A stretch of 64,000 nucleotides of DNA. Origin: Lingula anatina. Lineage: Eukaryota > Animalia > Brachiopoda. Positions 54,464-64,000 of the stretch are shown here, piece after piece. Position 1 is the stretch's first letter, and the number at the start of each line of letters is the position of its first letter. Location: NCBI GenBank assembly GCA_051362555.1, contig CM120646.1, positions 16,430,001 through 16,494,000 of the forward strand, read 5' to 3'. The notes under the pieces were generated by a model, which made no database searches, was not told where the DNA came from, and was given only the letters and a program-made list of their open reading frames with translations. The position numbers were made by a program, and so were the translations under genes.

Positions 54464-54825
54464 CAGCCATGCTGAAAACTTTTCAGAATGGCCAGTCATT
54501 TGGACTGGCAGTAATGAAAATTTTGCCGGACCGAATGGATTTTTGTCAGACCGAAAATCACCCTATTTGTTTGAGACAGATACTACCAGTACGATTAGGG
54601 TAGCTTACTTTGTTTGTGAATGTGATAGGTTTGAAACGGAAGGGAAAAAAACCTTGGGTTTCATATAATTTAATTAGTGAAGTATGTCGAATGATGACTG
54701 TAAATTCAAAATTGCGGTTCTTAAAACTCTTGTCGGTCCTTTGGACCGCCCAAGTCCAATTTTTTACCGGTCCAGACAAATTTTGCCAGTCATGACCGAT
54801 CAGACCGACAGTTTCAGCTGGTCTG
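54464..54825. mobile_element. hAT-like MITE
   Basis: CAG...CTG ends (cagccatgctgaaa / tttcagctggtctg); 8-bp flanks tttactaa / tatactaa (1 mismatch); subterminal gaccg repeats. Confidence 0.75.
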
Positions 54826-54883
54826 TATACTAAGATGTATGAAGCTGGCAACAATATCAACAAACTTTCTAGAACTGACTCAC

Positions 54884-54969
54884 CTGATAATCCTGAACTC
54901 TCTCAGACTAGTTGACCCCAAAGCTTTTATTACTTGCCAGCAAATAATCATTACCCAATCTTCCTGGAG
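54884..54969 (-). ncRNA. Candidate internal exon (86 bp)
   Basis: ctctcgtttcag| acceptor and cag|gtgagt donor. Confidence 0.55.
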
Positions 54970-56112
54970 CTGAAACGAGAGTAATACCAATGTAACATCA
55001 ACCGAGGAAGTGACTTTCATCTGCCTAACACTACAAATGTATTCTGAACAGTGCACTAGTACTAACACTGCCTTTCCATGAACACTTTGGTTAACATAAC
55101 AGATGATGTTATTTGTATACCTGTGTTATTCTAACAACTTTAAAAAGTGTTACGTTTCTAGGAGACTACAAATTCCACCAAAATTTACATAGTTCATGGG
55201 CAGCAAGGATCATCAGGTGGTAAATCTGATCTTTTTTTTTTTTCAATATCAATTTATTGCATTTATCTGATAAGATATGATCATACAAATTTTTCTGTCT
55301 TCAGACAAGTTTAATTAGAAGTGGTTAATATACCCAACATGTTTAAAATCCTACTCTTTGTCACTTAGCTATCCTTTACCTGGAATTAATGTGTGCCCCT
55401 TTTGCTTAATTGTTAATTTGTCAACCCTCAACAAACTTGTATTAAATTTCATATTGAGTTGTATGGCCTTTTAGGGAGTATCAGTCATTACTTCCTTGAC
55501 ATGATTTCAAAATTGCTGGCAATTCCCTCCCATGCTGCCTGTGCCAATAAGGTTAAAAATTGATGAAGCTTCCAGGAAAATTGCATAAGTGGTCATTTGT
55601 TGATCTACTGGTAACTTCTGTCTAGACTGCTGGTATGATTGCGTTAGAAATATCTGCACAAAGACGTATATTATGGATAGTGATCTATTCCCTACCTCCA
55701 ATCTCACTCTACTAGGGGAAATATAGAAAAGGGTTAAAAATGTTCAATTTTCCATGGCAACACCCTGATGTATATGCCCCGACTAGACACCTCCTGCAGT
55801 TATAACCTGCAGTTTTTGTTTTTTTTTTTCAAAATCATTTAGATCTGTGTGAAAAGCAGACCAAGATAAACTCTTTTTAAAACTCATTCATTCATGAGAA
55901 GCCACTACTTCAAACTGAGAGTTTCCATGCAAGCAAATGGTTTTGAGAAGTCTCAGTTTCTCTACTAGTACTAGTTTTTATGTATTACAATGAATTGTTC
56001 ACTTTTTACATGTTACCCTTGCCAAAGAGGATGGCTTTTGATGAAAATTTTTGAGGGTATGTCAGATATGGCCTAAGAACGCATTCAGAACAAGTTGATC
56101 TATGGACTAAGG

Positions 56113-56277
56113 CAGGGGCGCATCCAGAGATATTTTTTGAAAGTCTTCCAAATGATCTTTGTTGGGCCATCCTCCATTTTTGACCGTCGAAAGAAAAAAA
56201 TGAGATACTAGTCTATGTAAACTTGAAATTCTGACCATCTTCCTGAAGACCCAGAAGACGGCCTCAATCTGCCCCTG
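56113..56277 (+). mobile_element. MITE family B, copy 2 (full length, CAGGGGC...GCCCCTG ends)
   Basis: Inverted ends caggggcgcat / atctgcccctg; taagg on both flanks; homologous to copies at 9045 and 57668. Confidence 0.85.
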
Positions 56278-56280
56278 TAA

Positions 56281-56501
56281 GGGACCATTCCCACAGATAT
56301 TTGGATCGATCTATCTCCCTGGGAAGTCTCACAGAATTGTTTTTTATCAACTTAACCAGCTTAAATGTCTGTCACGCCTAGTTAAGCTGTTAGGGGGTAA
56401 TTATCTTTAGCCCCTAGCTGATTCGTTAGGCGTGACACACATTTAAGCAGGTTAGTTGATAGCAATTTGGTGAGACTCCCCAGGGAGTTAGACCGATCCA
56501 A
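56281..56501. mobile_element. PIF/Harbinger-like MITE family A, copy 2 (right end eroded)
   Basis: TAA|gggaccattcccacagatatttggatcgatctatctccctggg; internally palindromic; reverse complement of the copy ending at 59733. Confidence 0.85.
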
Positions 56502-57285
56502 GCAAATCCTATGTTATACTTGTCCACTCCAGCCCATACTGAGGGTCCAATTTGTCCACCAACTCTCAAGCATCCACTATCAATGCTGACAAATTTCTAT
56601 GAGACAATGTTTCATTTGCCCAAGGAGCATAGGAGTGCTTTCTTTGAATCAATATAACACAATATGTAAAAACAGGATCTTAAATTACCCTATTAATTTG
56701 TATTCAATTAACTACAAATATGAAGTGACAATAACTTATGTTAAAGGCTGGGGCTTTTCCAGAATAAGTCTCCAATCTCCTGTTTACTTCCTACTTTTTC
56801 ATCTTTCAGATATCACAACTTAATCAAAGTGACAGTTCATGGAAATTTTTGTCTCTTATTTTCCCATTTATAGGCCTTTTTCTTTTTTTTTTTTTTTTTT
56901 TCCAAAGGAAGTGCGACACATTTATGTCACTATTAAAGAAAGAGCTATAACACAGGTGGAATGGTGGACTGGGTTTAACAGTGAACTCTAATTTTGGTCA
57001 ATTTTTTTTTTTTTCAACTCATGTTATTTGAACTCAACTCAAGTTATTTGAAAACTGCTTCCTGCACAGTGACTGTGGACTGTTAAATAATAATGCTTCA
57101 ATATCCTCACAAAAGGAAGGAGGGGACAGTCTTAAGTAACAATAGGCACCAATTAGGCCTCATTATCCCCTATTAAGGAGCAGTTACCTATGCAATCTTC
57201 ACACAAGGCACAGTTTACATGTGCCAAATGTTCTCTAATTATATAATTTGATAGTCAGTGCTTACTGACCCAAGACTTCAGTCCA

Positions 57286-57474
57286 GGGCTTTTACACTGG
57301 ACAGCGTCCTTTCTGCATCCCGCAGTACAGTCTAATTTAAGAGTAAAACAAGATAATAATACTTTACATGCTGACAACTGGCCGATCATTGAGCATTCAT
57401 TCTGCAACCAAAGTGATGCCAGTTTCATGGTCACACAAAGGACGCAGAAAGGACATTGTCAAGTGTAAAGGGGT
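57286..57474. mobile_element. MITE with about 30-bp TIRs, PIF/Harbinger-like
   Basis: tttacactggacagcgtcctttctgcatcc vs ggacgcagaaaggacattgtcaagtgtaaa are inverted. Confidence 0.75.
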
Positions 57475-57667
57475 TTTAGCATTAGTTTATACACAGGACG
57501 TATCCAAGCCACCACCACCCTGCCTCATCCCTGCATATAAGTAGTAACTGAATACATGACTTTAGTGTCTGGGAAGAAAACACGGTAAAGAAATGCATGT
57601 ACTGCATATACTACTTCAATTTTTTTCCTTACAAGTTTGATTAAAAGTCCCTTAAACTACAAAATGG

Positions 57668-57793
57668 GGCGGGGTGGATCCAGAGCTATTTTCTGACAGT
57701 CTTTCCAAATTATCTTTGTTGATCCATAGATACCCATCAATGTAAACTTGAAAATCTGACCATCTTCCAGAAGACAGCCTAAATATGGCCCCT
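57668..57793 (+). mobile_element. MITE family B, copy 3 (internally deleted)
   Basis: ggatccagagctattttctgacagtctttccaaattatctttgttg...tgtaaacttgaaaatctgaccatcttcc..gcccctg. Confidence 0.8.
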
Positions 57794-59478
57794 GGGTCAT
57801 TGCATGCACTACTGTAAAGCAAAAGTTGTGGGGAAGGTGGGGGGGGGGGGGGGGAGAAGGGGTGACAGCAGAGAAAGTCTCATATAGGTTCACTTCCATA
57901 TGAAAAGATAAAGGGACCCTTCACAATGAAGCTTCTCAATTAACACGCCTCCTCTTGTTTCAAACATACTCATATCATCTCCAGCTTTCCTATATTGTAC
58001 TCAATGCCAGTAGAAGGTGTGTTAGTCTATTAATCTGATTGCAATCGACGAATCCCCTTGGAGTTAACATGCATTAGCTAGTTTGACAAAATTAACTGTG
58101 AACTATCCCTAAGGATCTACAGAAATGACAATGCTCCTCTAAAATGCCCCCCCCCCCAACCCCTCAAAAGGCAAAACAAAACAACTGCTAAGACTACCTT
58201 TAAGTGCTGTATGAAGCTACTGATTGGAGAAAAAAGAAACAGATTTCATACAAGCTGGTTTAAATGCTTTCCTATCCAATCATACAAATTAATAAAAACC
58301 ACCAACCAGATGAATGTGAGTTTAAGGTAAATAGCTTACGATACAGAATCGGAGCTCACTTCTGCTTGCTCTAATAAGTTGTGCAATTCTGCCAAATCAA
58401 AATTTTGTGTCAAAACTGACAAATTGGCAAAAGCCTCATAACATTAATCATTTTCTTCAGTCAGAGCTTGTAGCCCAAAGTGATATCAACATTTGGCAAA
58501 AAATTTCTTTACACTTGTGTGGAGCCTAGAGAAGGTATCTAATCAGTAATCTCCAGTCTTCCCATATTGAAAGTGTGCACTCTTTATACAACAAAAGACT
58601 GCAAATATGTATTTGTTGAACCTGCAATAGCATCTGTTATATATATATGCTGCCTAGTGTGGCTGGCTATATTTGCTTGGTCTAAAGCAGGGGTTATGTA
58701 ATCATTAAGAGCATTAAGAGCTTAGCAGTGTGTTCATATAGCAGCCATATATCACCAGTGTTGTTACTGTCTGTATACCACCTGCTGTAGCACCAAGTGC
58801 AGACACTTCTAGCTGTAGACTACTAGAAAACCATATACCTTTCGAGACAATATATAAGGATAGAGTAATTCTCACTCTATCTATACAACCTGTAATACCC
58901 CCTTCCCTCCACCTTTCAACAGTCTAAATCCACCATAATATATTCCTCTTCCCTATCCCAGAAATGAACACCATTACTTCAAGTTTGAAATACAGGGAGA
59001 TTCCATCAAGAAAGCTAGTATGCCAAAGAGATGGGTATCTCTCCCCCCCCCCCCCCCCCCTTTTCAGGACCTGCACCATTCCCTATAGACATAAGCTTCC
59101 TGATAACTATATGGAACAATGACCATCATGTCCCTTTGCCAGATCTTTGGGTGCATTCAGGTTCAGACATTGTACCAACTGGGGCAATCCAACTCTGTGG
59201 GGACTTTTTTTTTTTTTGATAAAGTGCAATCACTGTAATCACTTTTACTGTCTGACACACTTACTCGAACAGCTAAGGGATAATTCAGCCGAGCACACAA
59301 GACAATTTTAACCATTAAATTTAAAATAACTATTAATTAAAATTACCCCCTGGCTGCTGGAGAAGGCATGTTGTATAATTAACAGAATTAACCTGATAAC
59401 ACTGATTGCAGTTTAGCGAAACTCTCCAGAGTTGAATCGACCCAGCTAGTAGAATGTCTGACTCTGAATGCAGTCTTA

Positions 59479-59733
59479 GACTGAGTTCCCATACTTAGAT
59501 CGACCCATCTGGATTGACCTAACTCCCTGGGGGTTCATGCTAAATTGCTATCAGCTTAAGAGGCTGAAATGTCTGTCACGCCTACTGAATCAGCTAGGGG
59601 TGAAGATAATTACCTCCTTACAGTTTTACTAGCCGTGACAGATGTTTAAGCTGGTAACCAGGTTAGTTTAATAGTCATTTAATGAGACTCCCCAGGGAGA
59701 TAGATCGATCCAAATATCTGTGGGAATGGTCCC
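59479..59733. mobile_element. PIF/Harbinger-like MITE family A, copy 3
   Basis: TTA flanks at 59476-78 and 59734-36; right end cagggagatagatcgatccaaatatctgtgggaatggtccc. Confidence 0.85.
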
Positions 59734-61949
59734 TTAGTGTGGTATGTCTTCAAGGCATTACAGCCATCACAAAAGGCCTCCAGTATTGCTGTAATCAAGA
59801 ATCTATTGTCATTTATCCAATTTGGGGGCTTGTTTTAAGCTGTACTATTAGATTCCACAATTTGGTGAAAAATGACTGGTACAGAGTAGGCTAACCTTCA
59901 TGGCACACTTACAGCGTTATATGTCACAATGTGTGAACTCTTTTTTTTTTAATGATTATCATAGCCTCATTTCCCCTTCTATCTATTATATCCACAAAAG
60001 CATTTTGTTATAACTTCCTGCTGCAATGCATACTAGTATGTCTGTCCTTTTTTTCTGAAGAAAGTGAACTACTGGTTCTATTGTTTTAGTTTTTTAATGA
60101 TAATAAACACTTACTGTCTGTCCTATACCTTTTCTCGATTATGGTATCTTTTTTTGCGCTATGTCCTTCTTATGTTTTTTTTTTTTCCTTCGTTTCTTTT
60201 TCATAAATAATCGGGAATAATTGTATCCTATTTATTCATGTATTTCCACATCTAAGCATACAGATGAGCAGTCATTTATATGCTCAATAATGCAACAGTC
60301 AGTCCTATGCACTATAAACCAAAATAATCAATAGTAAGCCATGGACAGGGCCTGCTAACCAGGAAACAGTTGTTAACAAAAGTGTACATTTAACCTTTTC
60401 AAATGTCATATTTCCCTTGAACAATGTGTCCTCATTAGTTTCTTGTCATTTAGATTTCTAGGTAACAGGATGATAATGGGGATAGGCTAATTTCCCAAAA
60501 GGACAAAGAAAACCGAGAAAAAAATAGAAAAAAGCACATTTGGTACATGTTGGATAAGATTTCAAAACCTTTCTTCTTTCAATTGATCCAGGTATGTGAA
60601 TAACTATGAACGCTTCTCAACTTTTCACTTTTCATAAAAAATGTAGCTTTTACAGGGCACTGAGAGCACTTTATTATTAATCAATATGTTACAATCATAA
60701 ATTATTACAAAACTTGATATGCCATGCTGCAGCATTTAAAATTAACAAACTATAAAAAATGATATAACCAAATAGTTTTATAACGCCAAAAGGAATTTTG
60801 CTCTGAAAAAATGAAATTATAAAGAAAAGGTATAAAAGTATGTGGTGTTTTCAGTCACTGATAAAGGTGAAACCGAATTTGGCAGTTGAGAGAAAATGTC
60901 ACAAATCTAATTTAAATGTGTTTCACTGAGTATTTTATGAAGATAATTTGACTATACCTTCAAGCAGGGTATTTATTTCAATATTAAAAAAAGTAGAACA
61001 CTTTAAGTTATAAGCCTAGAATATTGAAAAAATTAAGTCTTTAATGCATCCTTCACACGTTTTTATCGCAGTAGCTGCAACCAATTATTTTTAAAATTCC
61101 TCTTAAGGTAACATCATAAATATATTACCTATAATGATATGTTTGATCTACAAAAACAATATATATATATATATGTTAAAAGTTTTCTTTTTTTTCTTCT
61201 TTCGATATATGATTGTCAGAATTTTACTTTAACTTCTAAAAAGCAATTATTTGCAATAATAAATAATAGCTTTTTTTTTTAAATGTAGGAGTTTAAGTAC
61301 AATTTTGGCATCCATAATAAAAAAAATTAATGAAACTTTTAACATTAATAAGCCCTAGACATATCTGTAGTCCATTAAAATGTTTCATGAAAAAAAATTT
61401 GATACTGATTCTTTTCATTAAGCAACAGTAACTGCTGAAATGTCAGTTCTACCAAGTCACTTGTCTGCAATGCTAAATAACTGATGTTAATGGTTTAATT
61501 TTTTTTAACTTAAAGGAAAAGAATACAGTGGCATCATTGCCGTATACTTTTTTACAGTGCATGCTTTTGTCCACTGTCATGTTACATCATTTTTATGTTG
61601 TAGTAAAACTTACTGAAAAGTAAAAGATATTAATGTGAAGTGAGAATGCATTTAGAAATGCAACAGAATGGGGTATCAATCCATTTGGTCAATTAACTAG
61701 GTAAGGAGAGAATGACAGATAAACACATAACAAACACTAAGGAACTAATGGGTGGAGTAGGAAAATTCAATAATTGTATTCTTGTGGCAATGAAATCCTC
61801 TGTGCGACCTCTTAAACTTACAACTGAATAAAGGAATTGTGAGTACAATTCATTCCAAAATTGGATATTTTCATAATACCCATATTACACAAAATCCGTT
61901 GGGTTACTGTATAGTACAGAACCACAAAAGCTCCACTCTGTCATAGAGC

Positions 61950-63010
61950 TGGTATTTTAACTGTCCGTGAAACTGAAATAGGTCCGCGGTTTACCAAAAG
62001 TATGAACACGCTGGACTGGAAAATTACTGTATATCCACGCACACTGCCGAGCTCAGCCACGTCGGAAAACTATCAAAATGTTGCAGATTTCAGTAACTGC
62101 TGGACTAGACGACCCAAATTTCATTTTATAGATGATCCATCAGAATAGAACTATATAATAATCCGGAAACATTTTGAATTTTATTATAAAACTGTTGTAC
62201 ACGGCAGTGTCATGTCGCGCGCTGATGCTGCCGCTTGGACCCAACCAAGCATGTCGGCAGACGATAAATAATGAACGCTCGATTCTGACCCGAGTTAAAC
62301 GCATGTCTGGCCTTCGCAGTCCACACCAGAGAAACATTTTTATCTCATACTTTTCTAGCTAGTCTATTCTGCATGTATACGTCTAAGGACAGTAATGCAT
62401 GACACTGACAGTGTGCGGAATTCTTTATAGAACGGCACATAAGAAATTACCCGGTTTAAATCTGGCATATTGACATCTTGGACAAAGCATGCAATTCCCG
62501 TAGAACATATCAAAATCACCTACTTTTCAGAATAAGAATTTTCCAAGTAATAACTGTGCATACTTACCAGCAAATGTCAGTCATTCCTACGCCATTTTCT
62601 TCCCGCTTCATTTTCAAAACAAACACTCCCTTGATGCTCCTTGGAAGCAATGTGCTGATCACCGGCCATATTGACTTTTAAAGAGAATCTCGTAGGTCTC
62701 TGCTGTAATATATAATAAAGAACAGTATTTTATGTAAATACACAATCCAATCACTGTAATCCATCACAAAGATTCGTGCTTAATTATTGTTCAATTACTG
62801 TATTAATCATGGAATGCATTATTGTAGTAAGCCTCGTAAAAGATCATAAAACATCATTACTGGTGGCAGACGATGAGTAAATTCTCCCAACATGCATGCC
62901 GTGTCACGGTGTCAGCTTGCGGTCACGCACGAGAATCATAGAAGTTGCGTTAATGCACACTGTTAAGTCAGACGCGGTGGGAAAGAAAATAAAAATAAAA
63001 TCGACCGATT
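61950..63010. promoter_or_regulatory. CpG-enriched promoter-like region
   Basis: Marked local rise in CpG outside any recognisable TE; YY1 motif CGCCATTTT at 62590-62598 and GGCCATATT near 62664, both reading ATGGC on the minus strand. Confidence 0.55.
62568..62690 (-). other. Candidate first exon of the minus-strand transcript (5' end approximate)
   Basis: Strong donor ctg|gtaagta at 62568/62567 inside the CpG region; frame MKREENGVGMTDIC is open to the donor. Confidence 0.5.
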
Positions 63011-63115
63011 AAAAAAAATAAACAAACATATGCATCTGAAAGAGAAAGTTATTTTGACATTTTTACATAAAAATTAATCAAAGCCAACTGTGTTTGATCC
63101 TTTCAAGACAACGCA

Positions 63116-63117
<2 letters not shown>

Positions 63118-63151
<34 letters not shown>
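63118..63151. repeat. (TG)n microsatellite
   Basis: Direct reading. Confidence 0.97.
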
Positions 63152-63152
<1 letters not shown>

Positions 63153-63154
<2 letters not shown>

Positions 63155-63835
63155 GGCCTAAGTGTTGGGGGGGAGGGGGGGGGGTAAAAAGGTTAACTTG
63201 AAAAAAGCCTTCCTGCGCCTGTGTAACATTTATGAAGCCTAGACTTGCAAGGCGGGTCTTTAAAACTGCAAAAACCAAGGCCCAACTATTGAGATTAATT
63301 ACTTAGGCCTAGACAAGTGCTTGCAGGGAAACATTTAAAATAGGGCCTTGGCCCTACTAGGCCGGTCAGCTATCATGTTGGACTTGTTATATAGCCCTAG
63401 CTAGTTGTTATTTCAAATTTTATATATAAGCTTATCATTTTACCAACGCAGATACTCTAAAGTTTTTATGATTGGTATTTTAATAACACATCAAATTTTT
63501 AATGGCCTTTACTTTTGATAAAACATAAAGGCCCCTTGAAGTGTGTTAGGCCTATGTTTATTTTTAATAGGCCTATTGACTTTTCTTCTTTATATGGGAA
63601 ATCATAAGTTTAAGATGTTGGCGTGTAAGTGAAAAAGTATCGGATAGGCGTTAAAGACTGGGGGTCTACTTGTACATAGGCCTACCCTCTACCAGGATGA
63701 CAGATATAAGGCCCTATAGGTAAGTTTTCAAAAGTCAGAGAATCAAATGACTATTTATCTAAAGACATAGGCCTATCTGTGAATATCTTGTGAAAAATCA
63801 CTGTGTCGTCCTGGTGGGGGATACTAGTAGGCCTA
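63153..63835. promoter_or_regulatory. Cluster of TAGGCCTA palindromes
   Basis: Exact copies at 63153, 63304, 63547, 63568, 63677, 63768 and 63828, plus variants. Confidence 0.7.
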
Positions 63836-64000
63836 CACAAATTTGACCTACAATGCATACGGGATAAGATTCTCTTTCAAATAGCCTACCTACGTAACCC
63901 TTCACGCTATTTAAAGTCATCAACAATCACGTTTTTCATTAAAAGAGCACCTAAGCGTTTCCAAATATATATTTCAACAAATAAATTTTAAAATGCCAGG

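Noticed and set aside
58881-58899. CTATACAACCTGTAATACC, complementary to let-7 nt 10-20 and similar to let-7 star
   Set aside because: Only 11 contiguous nt, no seed match, no hairpin partner, and on the opposite strand to the main site

Overview
Eukaryotic, AT-rich, CpG-poor animal genomic DNA; the repeat styles suggest a marine invertebrate such as a mollusc (inference). No intact protein-coding gene is recognisable and nearly all listed ORFs are chance or microsatellite ORFs. The window reads as the 5' end and very long introns of a minus-strand transcription unit. It has a CpG/YY1 promoter-like region at about 62-63 kb and a chain of small GT-AG exon candidates (62.6, 54.9, 53.5, 53.0, 52.1, 36.3, 18.6 kb) that give no continuous ORF. 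One candidate exon (36280-36400) carries a 19/20-nt antisense match to mature let-7. The introns hold many non-autonomous DNA transposons (PIF/Harbinger-, hAT-, piggyBac-, EnSpm- and Helentron-like). One young 614-bp TIR element with an 8-bp TSD carries a RecQ helicase motif-I fragment. Two CpG-rich, GCGCATGCGC-rich segments (28.4-31.7 kb and 39.1-41.0 kb) contain decayed coding-like sequence. All calls were made by eye, without database searches.
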